From: an uncultured Candidatus Saccharibacteria bacterium
GTDB lineage: Bacteria > Patescibacteriota > Minisyncoccia > Phycocordibacterales > UBA918
Length of the DNA: 64,000 nucleotides
Assembly (NCBI GenBank): GCA_964493145.1
Contig: CAZBMV010000001.1
Location: 169,812-233,811 of the forward strand
Direction of reading: 5' to 3'
A program made the position numbers and the translations under genes. The notes beneath the pieces are model-generated. The model did no database searches, was not told where the DNA came from, and saw only the letters and a program-made list of their open reading frames with translations. The number at the start of each line of letters is the position of its first letter. Within the stretch, counting starts at the first letter, position 1. Below are positions 37,436-47,446 of this stretch, one piece after another.

Positions 37436-37807
37436 ATGACATTTCGTATCGTATTGCTGTTTTCAGTCCTCGTTACCATCGCTCTCGTGCACGTGGTGGC
37501 GCTTGAGTTTTTCCTTTACTGGAAGTATCTGTGGCTTGATATTCCGATGCACGTTCTCGGTGGTGTTGCGTGTGCACTCTTTTTTTCAATCCTCCCCTTT
37601 TTTGGCATACGGATGAGCGAGCGCTACGGCACGGTACAGTGGTACCTCGCCTTCACACTCGTCGTTGGCGTTGCGTGGGAACTGTTTGAAGCTGTCGCGG
37701 GTATTTCATTAGGGGAACCCGGATTTATGTTTGATACCGCCACTGACCTCAGCATGGACGTACTCGGTGCGTGTATCGGTTTTGTACTTGTGAAAAAAGG
37801 ACTATGA
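37436..37807 (+). CDS. small polytopic membrane protein, unknown function
   Basis: 123 aa, 4 predicted TM helices. Confidence 0.45.
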   Translation: MTFRIVLLFSVLVTIALVHVVALEFFLYWKYLWLDIPMHVLGGVACALFFSILPFFGIRMSERYGTVQWYLAFTLVVGVAWELFEAVAGISLGEPGFMFDTATDLSMDVLGACIGFVLVKKGL

Positions 37808-39162
37808 TGACCGTCTCTTTTCATGGCGGGGTGGGGAATGTAACGGGAGCGAACTTCCTCTTTGACACCGGTGCAATAAAATTCCTCGTTGATTGCGGAC
37901 TCATTCAGGGAGACCGGTTTGCGCCGGCAAAAAATTGCGATGCCTTCGCGTATGACCCACACTCCGTCTCGTACCTTCTCGTTACCCACGCCCACGCCGA
38001 CCACATTGGGCGGATTCCCAAGCTCGTCCGTGACGGATTTTCCGGCACGATTTACTCAACGCCTCCGACGAGAGATCTCGCCGCCGTCATGCTCCAAGAT
38101 GCGTACAAGGTGATGCTCTATGAAGAGGAACGGTACGGCACGCCTCGCTGCTACGAGCAAGAGGATATCACTCGTGCACTCGCACTTTGGAAAACACACC
38201 TCTACCACACGCCCATTACGCTCGGTGACGACGTCACCGCCACCTTTACCGACGCGGGGCACATCCTCGGCTCAGCGATGATTACCTTTGAGCGAAATGG
38301 AAAAAAGTTCCTCTGTACGGGCGACATAGGGAACACCCCCCAGCCACTCCTCAATCCGCCTGAGGTCGTGGAGGGGTATGACTACCTCCTCATGGAGAGC
38401 GTGTACGGCGACCGTTCGCACGAGGAGGTGCGCGAACGCACGGACCTCCTCCGTATGTACATTGAGGAAACGACGAAGAAGCGCGGTACGCTCATCATCC
38501 CCGCCTTCTCGCTTGAGCGAACGCAGGGCATGCTCTATGAAATCAACAACCTCTTTGAGCGCGAGGGGCTCACCCCTATCTCCGTGTTCCTTGATTCGCC
38601 ACTCGCGATTGCGGTTACCGATATTTACCGCCGGTACACCGAGTACCTCAAAGATTCGGTTCGTATACAAATTGAACAGGGAGATGACATCTTTGATTTT
38701 CCAAAACTCTCCTTCACTCGTTCGGTGAAAGATTCTTCAGAAATTGGGGATGTTTCGGGGCCTAAGATCATCATCGCCGGTTCCGGCATGAGCCACGGCG
38801 GTCGCATTTTGGAGCATGAGCGAACGTACCTTGAAGATTCAAAGACAACACTCCTCCTCGTCGGGTACCAAACGGTCGGAAGTCTCGGACGTCTCTTAAA
38901 TGACGGAGCAAAGAAAGTGAGGATATTGGATACGGACGTGAAGGTGCGAGCGAAAATAGCGCGCATACGCGGGTACTCGGGGCACGCTGACAGAGACCAA
39001 CTCATAACATTTGTAGAGAGGGGCGGTGCGCAGGCGAAGCAAATTTTTGTCGCCATGGGCGAAGAGCGGTCCTCACTTTTTCTCGTTCAACGGCTCCGTG
39101 ACTACCTCGGTCAGAATGCGGTTGCACCACACGAAGGAGAAATGATAGAGGTTGATTTTTAG
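37804..39162 (+). CDS. MBL-fold / beta-CASP family RNA-metabolising hydrolase (RNase J/CPSF-like)
   Basis: HAHADHIGRIP (HxHxDH), beta-CASP-like central region, ~452 aa. Confidence 0.7.
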   Translation: MMTVSFHGGVGNVTGANFLFDTGAIKFLVDCGLIQGDRFAPAKNCDAFAYDPHSVSYLLVTHAHADHIGRIPKLVRDGFSGTIYSTPPTRDLAAVMLQDAYKVMLYEEERYGTPRCYEQEDITRALALWKTHLYHTPITLGDDVTATFTDAGHILGSAMITFERNGKKFLCTGDIGNTPQPLLNPPEVVEGYDYLLMESVYGDRSHEEVRERTDLLRMYIEETTKKRGTLIIPAFSLERTQGMLYEINNLFEREGLTPISVFLDSPLAIAVTDIYRRYTEYLKDSVRIQIEQGDDIFDFPKLSFTRSVKDSSEIGDVSGPKIIIAGSGMSHGGRILEHERTYLEDSKTTLLLVGYQTVGSLGRLLNDGAKKVRILDTDVKVRAKIARIRGYSGHADRDQLITFVERGGAQAKQIFVAMGEERSSLFLVQRLRDYLGQNAVAPHEGEMIEVDF

Positions 39163-39221
39163 AACCCACCTCACAAGAAAAAGAGCCGATGTAATCGGCT
39201 CTATGTGTCAGAGTGACACGT

Positions 39222-39635
39222 CTACTTGCGTCCCTTTTTGCGACTTCTGAAATCAGCCCAGCGGGCTTTTTGGGAGGAGTGCGGAACGTAGAGATCCACG
39301 TCGTCTTCCGATTGCTCCTCATGCAGTATGTGCAAATCGTGCTCTCCGTCGTGTGCGAAGGTGAGTATGTTTGACGTGTTGTACACGGCAACGTCACCAC
39401 CTTCGTCCTCCATCGTTTCTCCACTCTCTTCTTCATCACCGTTTGCCATAGTGGCCTTCAGTGGTCCAAGGTGGTCTTCCTGAAGGAAGTCCAACTTGTC
39501 AATGTGAAGCGGGTCCCTGATGACCTGATCCGCGGGGACGTACTCGCCGCTATCGCGGTCAATGAGCATGCCACCGCAATCCAGACACCCCCACGCCATC
39601 CCCTCTTCCAGCACCGTTTCAGTTCCTGCTGTCAT
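39222..39635 (-). CDS. hypothetical acidic protein with CxxC zinc-ribbon-like N-terminus
   Basis: WGCLDCGG motif; highly acidic; start uncertain. Confidence 0.35.
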   Translation of the reverse strand: MTAGTETVLEEGMAWGCLDCGGMLIDRDSGEYVPADQVIRDPLHIDKLDFLQEDHLGPLKATMANGDEEESGETMEDEGGDVAVYNTSNILTFAHDGEHDLHILHEEQSEDDVDLYVPHSSQKARWADFRSRKKGRK

Positions 39636-39778
39636 GGTGTGACCTCCTCTATGATTTAGGTTGAAGAACAAACGAAATGCTACCGATGAGTATGGCATCT
39701 CCTGAGAATGATTTCAACTGCTGTCGTTGAAAAGAAAACACCCCGATGCCGTTGGCATCGGGGTGTTTTCGTTAAAAT

Positions 39779-40123
39779 TTATCCGACTTTTGAGAGGAAA
39801 CGTGCGAATGCCTCGGGACGCTCATCGGCAATGAGCGAGAGCATCTTGCGGTTGAGAAGAATGTTCTTCGTCTTGAGGTCCTTCATGAATACGCTGTACT
39901 TGAGACCTGCCGCTTTGAGACCTGCATTAAGACGGGTCGTCCAAAGTCTGCGGAAGTCATTCTTTTTGTCCTTGCGGTGTGCAAAAGAGTGAAGTTGCGC
40001 GTGGTGAATTGCCTCAATCGCTTGCTTCTTTTTCTTTGAGCGACCGAAACGGTACCCCTTTACCTGTGAGAGTATCTTACGACGGCGTTTCATTGCCATC
40101 ACTCCTCCTTTTACTCGTGCCAT
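39779..40123 (-). CDS. rplT: 50S ribosomal protein L20
   Basis: MARVKGGVMAMKRRRKIL.. typical L20. Confidence 0.92.
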   Translation of the reverse strand: MARVKGGVMAMKRRRKILSQVKGYRFGRSKKKKQAIEAIHHAQLHSFAHRKDKKNDFRRLWTTRLNAGLKAAGLKYSVFMKDLKTKNILLNRKMLSLIADERPEAFARFLSKVG

Positions 40124-40188
40124 AAAATAATCTTAAATGTTAAATTCTGAAACCAGAATGTGAATGTTAAATACTAAGACCAGAATGA
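40124..40188 (-). promoter_or_regulatory. conserved promoter/leader element copy 2 (upstream of rplT, between rpmI and rplT)
   Basis: reverse complement is ~85% identical to 11667..11730 upstream of fusA, including TTCTGGTTTCAGAA palindrome. Confidence 0.55.
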
Positions 40189-40211
40189 ATGTAATGAATA
40201 CAAAGTGAAAT

Positions 40212-40400
40212 TTATGCATTCAAGAGAAAACGGTTCTTGTTGCGTGACGTTGTGCTGAGCACCTGTGTGCGACGACGTTCCTGGCGGGTACGACCGGACT
40301 GCTTCGCATTGAAGTGGTTTCGTCCCGGTTTGCGCGCAATGAGCTTGCCGTTCTTGGTCACCTTGATGCGCTTAGTGTAAGACTTATTTGTTTTAATCAT
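40212..40400 (-). CDS. rpmI: 50S ribosomal protein L35
   Basis: 62 aa basic protein, MIKTNKSYTKRIKVTKNGK.. L35-like. Confidence 0.85.
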   Translation of the reverse strand: MIKTNKSYTKRIKVTKNGKLIARKPGRNHFNAKQSGRTRQERRRTQVLSTTSRNKNRFLLNA

Positions 40401-40423
40401 AATTGTGTGTAAATGACTGTCGC

Positions 40424-40954
40424 TCAGCCTCCTTTCTTTCCGGATACTCGCTCCAGTGTTGTACTAAAACCCTTTGGACTCCTCTTTATTTCGTCGGCTA
40501 TTTTATACTCTGCGGGTATTATTTTCAAGAACCGTTCAAGTCGTTCTTTAAGGAATGACTCCTCCATGCCCTTGTAGCGTCCCCAGAGAAAGAGGTCAAC
40601 CTTCACCCGATGACCTTCCGTGAGCCATTCGGCGGCACGTTTCGCTTTCAGGTTTAGGTCGTGGTCGCCCGTACCGATCTTCACCTGAACGCTTTTGGTC
40701 TCGGTGACGTGTGATTTTGCTTTTATTTCCTTCGCCTTTTTGTTGATTTCGTACTGGTACTTTCCGTAATCCATTATCTTCGCAACGGGGGGCTGTGCCG
40801 TTGGAGAGATTTCAATGAGGTCAAGATTCGCTTCTTCCGCTAACTTTAGCGCATCTGCGGTAGGGAGAACACCAAGATTCTCGCCCTCTGCGCCAATGAC
40901 TCGGAGCTCTTTTGCTCGTATTGATCGGTTGATACGTACGTTGTCGTCTTTCAA
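40424..40954 (-). CDS. infC: translation initiation factor IF-3 (probable non-AUG TTG start)
   Basis: (M)KDDNVRINRSIRAKELRVIGAEGENLGVL.. typical IF-3; the ORF-track 268-aa reading is an upstream extension. Confidence 0.85.
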   Translation of the reverse strand: MKDDNVRINRSIRAKELRVIGAEGENLGVLPTADALKLAEEANLDLIEISPTAQPPVAKIMDYGKYQYEINKKAKEIKAKSHVTETKSVQVKIGTGDHDLNLKAKRAAEWLTEGHRVKVDLFLWGRYKGMEESFLKERLERFLKIIPAEYKIADEIKRSPKGFSTTLERVSGKKGG

Positions 40955-41095
40955 GGTTATAGAAACTATGCAAAAAGAGAGCAACGACAACGTCGTTAAC
41001 CCTCTCGGATACCGAAAATGTACCACATGTGATGGAAAAGAGCAATAAACCACAGGTTCTCGCAATGCATGACGGGAATGGTATACTATGTGCAC

Positions 41096-41494
41096 ATGAC
41101 ACGACGAAAGGTGACAGGAGAACAATCGGAAAGGCGCGGGAACCCGTTCATGTTTGCGGGTGGTGTTGTTGGTGCCGGCATTGTGGTCATGGGACTCGCC
41201 ATTCTCATCGGAAAATCCGACAGTGGGCAAATCAATGTCGCCGCGACGATACAGGAATCAAACCAGGCGCAATCGGAAAGTGGTGGTGAACAGGTGAGCT
41301 CAGTACCTCAAGCCTTTCAAAATATGCCGAACGGAGGTCTCGTACCTCAAGAGAATCAGGTGAACACACCTCCGGCGCCTGAACCGAGTGAGGCAACCGT
41401 AATTGACGACACGGCGAGCACGACACAAACTGAAGGAGATGATGTCGTTGGACAGGAAACAGAAACCTCCGAAACGGAATCAACTGATTTGTAA
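41096..41494 (+). CDS. small membrane-anchored hypothetical protein with acidic low-complexity tail
   Basis: one TM helix (FMFAGGVVGAGIVVMGLAILIG) then Q/E/T-rich tail. Confidence 0.35.
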   Translation: MTRRKVTGEQSERRGNPFMFAGGVVGAGIVVMGLAILIGKSDSGQINVAATIQESNQAQSESGGEQVSSVPQAFQNMPNGGLVPQENQVNTPPAPEPSEATVIDDTASTTQTEGDDVVGQETETSETESTDL

Positions 41495-41561
41495 AACGAG
41501 ACGAGTAGCTCCGTGGATTTCTAACGCATGTATTTGTGCTCGTGCGGTATAATGCAGTTAA

Positions 41562-43922
41562 ATGCACACGCACATTGAAACATTTCTTCGCGCGGCGAAC
41601 TATCTTTCCGCAATACAAATCTATCTCAAGGACAATTTTTTTCTTGAGAAACCACTCCGACCCGAACACATAAAGGAGCGTCTCCTCGGACACTGGGGAA
41701 CGTGTCCGGGTATCAATTTCGTATACGCGCACCTCAATAGACTTATTAAAGCGCACGATGCCAACATGATGCTCGTCGTTGGTCCCGGGCACGGGTTCCC
41801 CGCCATTCAGGCAAATCTCTTTCTTGAAGGTACGCTCACGAAGTACTACAAGGATGTTCCCCGTAATGCAAAAGGACTCGCGTACATGGCGAAGCAGTTC
41901 AGTTGGCCGTACGGTTTCCCCTCGCACAGTAATCCCGGTGCCCCTGGGGTCATCCTTGAGGGTGGGGAACTCGGATACGCACTCTCTACGTCGTATGGTG
42001 CTGTTCTTGATAATCCAGACCTTATCGTCACCGCACTCATTGGAGACGGGGAAGCGGAGACCGGACCAACAGCAACTGCATGGCACGTAAACAAACTCAT
42101 TGATCCCGCAAAGAATGGTGCGGTGCTCCCCATTCTCCACCTCAACGGGTACAAAATTTCCGGTCCGACCATCATGGGACGTATGACTGATGAAGATCTC
42201 GTGAGTCTCTTTCGTGGGTACGGGTACGAGCCGTACATTGTTGACGCGTACGTAGAGGCAGACATTCATGAAAAAATGATTACGACGCTTGATGCAACAC
42301 TTGAACGCATCAGATCTATACAGCGTGACGCACGAGAAGGAACGGGTGATTCATACCCGCGGTTCCCCATGATCATCCTCCGTACTCCCAAGGGGTGGGG
42401 GAGTATCAAGGAACTTCACGGCCGTCGCATAGAAGACAACTGCCTGTCGCACCAGGTTATCGCCGACATGGCGCGAACGGATGCGGAAGAACTCGTCGCG
42501 CTTGAGGCGTGGCTCCGCTCGTACGCGTTCAATGAGATTTTTGATGGAAAGAAATTTCATGATGAGGTGGAGGCGCTCATTCCAGCGGAGCACCGCCGTC
42601 TCGGTTCAAATCCGCACAGTTTTGGCGGAGCGCCACACTACAAACCGCTCGTCATTCCGAATGTCAACGACTACACGAACAAGGGCACCTGTCGTCCTGA
42701 AGGAGGGAACTGCGGTGAGGAGAGTAGTATGAATGCCGTCGCACAATTCCTCCGCGATACACTGAAGGTAAACGAGGGTACACGAAACATTCGCGTCTTC
42801 TCTCCCGATGAGACCTACTCAAACAAACTGGATCCGATTTTTGAGGTGACGAAGCGCTCATTCATGCTCTCGCGCATGGAGTGGGACCGTGACATGGGAC
42901 GCGACGGGCGGGTGATTGAGATGCTCTCCGAGCACACGCTTCAAGGGCTCATGCAGGGGTACGTGCTCACGGGGCGCCACGCAGTGTTCGCTTCGTACGA
43001 AGCATTCATGCAAATTGTTGCGAGCATGGCCGACCAGTACGCGAAGTTTCTCTCAATCGCGCGTACCATACCGTGGCGCGGTGACGTTCCCTCACTCAAC
43101 TACATCCTCACCTCGGGTGCGTGGCGACAGGAGCACAACGGATTTTCTCACCAGAACCCAGGCTTCATTGATGACATGCTCCAGCGCCAAGGGCACTTCG
43201 TGAACGTTTACTTTCCCTCTGACATGAACACCGCACTCAAGGTCATGGAGCGCTCCCTCAGTTCAAAAAACGAGATGAATATCATGGTGCTTGAGAAGCG
43301 ACCCGTCCCGTGCTGGCGAACGCTCGCCGAGGCGGAGAAAGACGTCGCTGATGGAATTTCCATTTGGGACTTTGTGAGTGACAATGACCCGCACATCGTC
43401 TTCAGCGCCGCAGGAGACTACCTCACCAAAGAGACGCTCGCCGCCATTACCATTGTGCGCGAGGAGATTAAAACGATGCGTATGCGTTTCGTGAATATCG
43501 TGTCACTCTCCGCGTACGGTCTCGGGAGTACGACGTCAAACATCGCCGCACGCGACATAGACTACTACTTCACGAAGGATCGACACGTGGTCATCAACTT
43601 CCACGGGTACCCGCAAACCATCAAGCAGGTGCTCTTTGACTACGGGTGCGATGCGTCGCGGTTTACCATTCACGGGTACGAGGAGCAGGGCTCAACGACG
43701 ACGCCATTTGACATGTTCGTCCGCAACAAAACCGACCGATACCACCTCGCTATGGAAGCGTTTGCGGTTGCGGAAAACGAGGGGCTCATCACCGTAAAGG
43801 AAAAAGAGAGACTCACCGCCAAGTACACCGAAATGCTCGTGAAGCATCGCATGCACGTTGCCGAAAACGGCACCGACCCGCAGGGGATAACAGATTGGAA
43901 ATGGACACCACGCTCATCGTAA
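41562..43922 (+). CDS. xfp: xylulose-5-phosphate/fructose-6-phosphate phosphoketolase
   Basis: 786 aa; ..GHWGTCPGINFVYAHLNRLIKAHDANMMLVVGPGHG.. typical XFP. Confidence 0.92.
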   Translation: MHTHIETFLRAANYLSAIQIYLKDNFFLEKPLRPEHIKERLLGHWGTCPGINFVYAHLNRLIKAHDANMMLVVGPGHGFPAIQANLFLEGTLTKYYKDVPRNAKGLAYMAKQFSWPYGFPSHSNPGAPGVILEGGELGYALSTSYGAVLDNPDLIVTALIGDGEAETGPTATAWHVNKLIDPAKNGAVLPILHLNGYKISGPTIMGRMTDEDLVSLFRGYGYEPYIVDAYVEADIHEKMITTLDATLERIRSIQRDAREGTGDSYPRFPMIILRTPKGWGSIKELHGRRIEDNCLSHQVIADMARTDAEELVALEAWLRSYAFNEIFDGKKFHDEVEALIPAEHRRLGSNPHSFGGAPHYKPLVIPNVNDYTNKGTCRPEGGNCGEESSMNAVAQFLRDTLKVNEGTRNIRVFSPDETYSNKLDPIFEVTKRSFMLSRMEWDRDMGRDGRVIEMLSEHTLQGLMQGYVLTGRHAVFASYEAFMQIVASMADQYAKFLSIARTIPWRGDVPSLNYILTSGAWRQEHNGFSHQNPGFIDDMLQRQGHFVNVYFPSDMNTALKVMERSLSSKNEMNIMVLEKRPVPCWRTLAEAEKDVADGISIWDFVSDNDPHIVFSAAGDYLTKETLAAITIVREEIKTMRMRFVNIVSLSAYGLGSTTSNIAARDIDYYFTKDRHVVINFHGYPQTIKQVLFDYGCDASRFTIHGYEEQGSTTTPFDMFVRNKTDRYHLAMEAFAVAENEGLITVKEKERLTAKYTEMLVKHRMHVAENGTDPQGITDWKWTPRSS

Positions 43923-45067
43923 ATCCGGGGAGTTCTTCAAAAAAGTACGCACTTTACAAAGGTGGTACCGAGATTTTTTCCGTGCTCTTTGAAAAGACGG
44001 AAAATGGGTTCGCGCAGTGTGTTGAGGTGAACAATGTGCGCCAAGCGTGTGAGGGGGTTACGGCTGGAAAATACGACGACGCACTCGTGTTTGCATTGGA
44101 GCAAGCACGTACGCTCGGTGTACTTGATAGTTACGCACGCATACAGCGTGTCGGAATGCGCATTGTTGCCCCGGGGACTTTTTTTACCGTACACCGCACC
44201 ATTGATACTGCGTACGTACGCAACTTGACCGCCCTTCGTGATGCGGCACCACTCCACATTCCGCACCAACTTTCCGAACTCACCCTACTGCGTAACATAC
44301 TTCCACACGCACGTGCGGTTGGTGTCTCTGATAGCGCTTTTCATGCAACAATGCCACCCCACGCACGCAGGTACAGTCTCCCAAAAAAAGATGCTGAAGC
44401 GTACGACCTCTACCGGTTTGGATACCACGGGCTCTCGCTCTCATCGGTGGTGAGGCAGTTGGGGGGTGAAATGGGGAGAGTGCCCGAACGAATCATTGTG
44501 TGTCACATAGGGAGTGGGGTGAGTGTTACCGCCATTAAAGACGGACGGAGCATTGATACAACTATGGGCTTTGCGCCAACGAGTGGACTCATGATGGGCG
44601 CACGTGCCGGCGAGGTAGACCCATCAGCGTTTACGTACCTCTTCAGGCGACAGGGGAATGACATGGATCGTACCGAACGGGCGGTGAGCGAAGATGGAGG
44701 TATCAAAGGGATGCTCGGGAGTGGGGACCTCCGCATTGCACTGGACAGAGCTTCGCGTGGCGACCATGAAGCGGTGGTTGCCGTCAACATGTTCGTTCAT
44801 GGGATCAGGAAGGCGATTGGCGCTATGTCTGCCGTTTTGGGTGGAATGGATATGCTCGTTCTCACCGGCACTGCTCCCGAACGAAATCCATATGTTCGTG
44901 CGCTCGTTACCACTGACCTCGCGTTTCTTGGGATAACGATTGATGAGGAAAAAAATGAAAAACTCGGTGAACGAGCGGGAATTTTCAGTGACTTCACGGG
45001 TGTTACTGCGCGTGTCATTCACACGGATGAGCAGTATGAGATTGCGGCAATCGCCACCGTGCTTTAG
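43895..45067 (+). CDS. ackA: acetate kinase
   Basis: ..LIVNPGSSSKKYALY.. and conserved acetate/propionate kinase motifs; overlaps xfp stop. Confidence 0.9.
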   Translation: MEMDTTLIVNPGSSSKKYALYKGGTEIFSVLFEKTENGFAQCVEVNNVRQACEGVTAGKYDDALVFALEQARTLGVLDSYARIQRVGMRIVAPGTFFTVHRTIDTAYVRNLTALRDAAPLHIPHQLSELTLLRNILPHARAVGVSDSAFHATMPPHARRYSLPKKDAEAYDLYRFGYHGLSLSSVVRQLGGEMGRVPERIIVCHIGSGVSVTAIKDGRSIDTTMGFAPTSGLMMGARAGEVDPSAFTYLFRRQGNDMDRTERAVSEDGGIKGMLGSGDLRIALDRASRGDHEAVVAVNMFVHGIRKAIGAMSAVLGGMDMLVLTGTAPERNPYVRALVTTDLAFLGITIDEEKNEKLGERAGIFSDFTGVTARVIHTDEQYEIAAIATVL

Positions 45068-45199
45068 GATTCATTTTAAACCCCATCTACTGTGTTGCAT
45101 TCGTTGTTCAAACACTTGTCGTATATTGAATACGCCTCGTGTTCTCGCTCCTCCGCGCCTCGCATCTTGGGTTTTGAAATGAGTTCTAGAGAGAACGTT

Positions 45200-45598
45200 T
45201 TAGTTTTTTGCACAAGGTACACACCTGCACCCACGCTTGTTGATGTGCTCGTCAAAGTACTCTTTGCCGTAGTCGTAGGTCACCTCGTCTCCAGGCATGA
45301 TTGTCCGCTTCGCAAAAATGCGGATTTTTTCTTCCTCTTCATCAGTTTCGGCTTCCGCGTTCGGCCGACAGGAGTGGTTGATGTACCGTGCGAGATTTTC
45401 TCTCCCACGACCATCAATGACAGTAGCGTCCGAGAGAATGAAGAGGTATTTCCCCCCGCGCACATCCGCCTCATCGTGCGTAATGTGCTCACCGGTGTAC
45501 TCAATGATAAAGTCACCGCGTACAAATTTCTTGCGCGCAAAGAGTCCGAGACCGGCACTGCTCCGCTTCACCTCAACCGCTACTCCGTTGTATTTCAT
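45200..45598 (-). CDS. SET-domain protein (putative lysine methyltransferase)
   Basis: GLGLFARKKFVRGDFIIEYTGE, NHSCRPN, GDEVTYDYG and post-SET CRCVPC motifs. Confidence 0.75.
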   Translation of the reverse strand: MKYNGVAVEVKRSSAGLGLFARKKFVRGDFIIEYTGEHITHDEADVRGGKYLFILSDATVIDGRGRENLARYINHSCRPNAEAETDEEEEKIRIFAKRTIMPGDEVTYDYGKEYFDEHINKRGCRCVPCAKN

Positions 45599-45685
45599 AC
45601 GCGAGAGTATAGCAAAAACTTTTTGTTCTGTACGAAGGAAATGCATTGCACTGTGTAGAAAGTGACGGTTACTCTGATATTATGA

Positions 45686-46981
45686 GTGTGTATGCAGACG
45701 CACACATATAGTACGTCGGGGACGTTCCCCGCAATCGGTACGGGTATAATTCTCCTCGTCGTGTTTGCGGTAGTTCTGAATAGTGGTTGGATTTCGTACG
45801 ACCGCATGCGTGAAGCGTTCATTGTTGCAACTCTCCTCACCATCGCACTCCTTGCTCTCGTCGTGCGCTTTTTTTTCACGACGCGCGAGTATACGCACCA
45901 AGTTGCGCAGAGTATTGCGAAAGAAATGTTCACACACTCTCAGGAACTATCCACCGAAATGTACCGAAACAGTCCGGTGCCCTACATCATCATAGATGAG
46001 AGGGGTAACATTGAATCAGCCAACCTTGCCGCGGTGCGCCTTTTTAATGTGACATTGGATGCGCTCAATGGACTTGATTTGTTCCACTTCATTGAATCTG
46101 AAAACGAGCGAACGATGGAACTTATTCCCGAATACTACAAAAAGGGGCGCGTGGTAAACGATGTTGAAGTACACGTTCGTCGTCCGGACGGCGTATCACG
46201 TTGGGCAACGCTCTCACTCTTTCCGTTCAAGGATAATCATAGGCAACGTAAGGGGCTTCTCACACTCGTTGATATCACGAAGCAGAAAATGGTTGATAAG
46301 GCAAAAACGGAGTTTGTCTCGCTCGCATCTCACCAACTCAGAACGCCGATTTCCGCGATGCGTTGGAACATTGAACTCCTCATGACCGCTACGGGCGCCG
46401 AACTCACCGAAACGCAACGTTCGTACGTTGAGAAAGTGAGCGGGGGGCTCAAGCGGATGGATGCGCTCGTTGAAGATTTTCTCAGTGCGTCAAAACTTGA
46501 ACTTGGAACGCTCGTTGCGCAAAAGAAAGAATTTGATCTCGCTGAGTTTTTTGCGAGCGTCCTTGAGGAGTACACGGTCACCGCTGAGAAACGAAACATT
46601 CGTATTGTCACCAATTGGAACACCGTTCAGGGGATGTACCTATCAGACGCGCACCTCCTCAACATGGCGGTGAGCAACATTCTCGGTAACGCCATAAAGT
46701 ACACAAAGGAAGGTGGTGAGGTGCGTGCAATCGCAGAGTACACCGAAAAGGGGTTCATTATTCAAATTTCCGACACTGGTATCGGTATTCCCGAAGATGA
46801 GCAGGATATGATTTTCTCAAAACTTTTTCGCGCCTCAAACGCTCAGACGAAAGAAACAGACGGTACGGGTTTGGGATTATACATCGTGAGAGAGGCGATA
46901 CGTATCCTCGGTGGAAATGTCACGTTTACCTCACAAACGGGCGTAGGGACGACATTCACCATAGCGTTGCCAGCCGTGTGA
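45686..46981 (+). CDS. sensor histidine kinase (TM + PAS-like + HisKA + HATPase_c)
   Basis: FVSLASHQLRTPISAMRWNIELL (H-box), N/G1/G2 boxes (NAIKYT, DTGIGI, GTGLGL). Confidence 0.85.
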   Translation: MCMQTHTYSTSGTFPAIGTGIILLVVFAVVLNSGWISYDRMREAFIVATLLTIALLALVVRFFFTTREYTHQVAQSIAKEMFTHSQELSTEMYRNSPVPYIIIDERGNIESANLAAVRLFNVTLDALNGLDLFHFIESENERTMELIPEYYKKGRVVNDVEVHVRRPDGVSRWATLSLFPFKDNHRQRKGLLTLVDITKQKMVDKAKTEFVSLASHQLRTPISAMRWNIELLMTATGAELTETQRSYVEKVSGGLKRMDALVEDFLSASKLELGTLVAQKKEFDLAEFFASVLEEYTVTAEKRNIRIVTNWNTVQGMYLSDAHLLNMAVSNILGNAIKYTKEGGEVRAIAEYTEKGFIIQISDTGIGIPEDEQDMIFSKLFRASNAQTKETDGTGLGLYIVREAIRILGGNVTFTSQTGVGTTFTIALPAV

Positions 46982-47016
46982 TTTAGCGTATGCTTATACA
47001 AAACTAAAATATCACC

Positions 47017-47394
47017 ATGAACACCACACCAAAAAAAGTCCTCGTTGTTGAAGATGAACCGGATTTGCGAGAAGCGTTAAAGACGATTCTCACACAAGAA
47101 GGGTACGAGGTCGCTGTCGCAGAAAACGGTGAAGAAGGGCTCGCACGAGCACTTGAAACGAAGCCGAACCTCATTCTCCTTGACGTCGTAATGCCGAAAA
47201 TGGATGGACTCACCGTTCTCAAAACATTACGCGAAGATGAGTGGGGGAAAAAGGCAAAGGTCATCGTCATGACCGCACTTGATGACATGGAAAAAGTTGC
47301 CGAAGTGGTTGAGGCAGGAGGCAATGGCTACTTCGTGAAATCACAGACACCGCTCAATGTCATCGTGAGTAAGGTAAGGGAAACGCTCGCGTAG
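47017..47394 (+). CDS. single-domain response regulator (CheY-like receiver only)
   Basis: VLVVEDEPDL..LILLDVVMPKMDG.. receiver domain; no output domain. Confidence 0.85.
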   Translation: MNTTPKKVLVVEDEPDLREALKTILTQEGYEVAVAENGEEGLARALETKPNLILLDVVMPKMDGLTVLKTLREDEWGKKAKVIVMTALDDMEKVAEVVEAGGNGYFVKSQTPLNVIVSKVRETLA

Positions 47395-47446
47395 GAGGCG
47401 ATAAAGACAACACAAAACCCGCGCAAGGCGGGTGTGTGTTGTTTTG

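Noticed and set aside
41232-42269. 345-aa minus-strand ORF
   Set aside because: Lies entirely antisense within the phosphoketolase gene, which has unambiguous homology; no motifs; typical shadow ORF.
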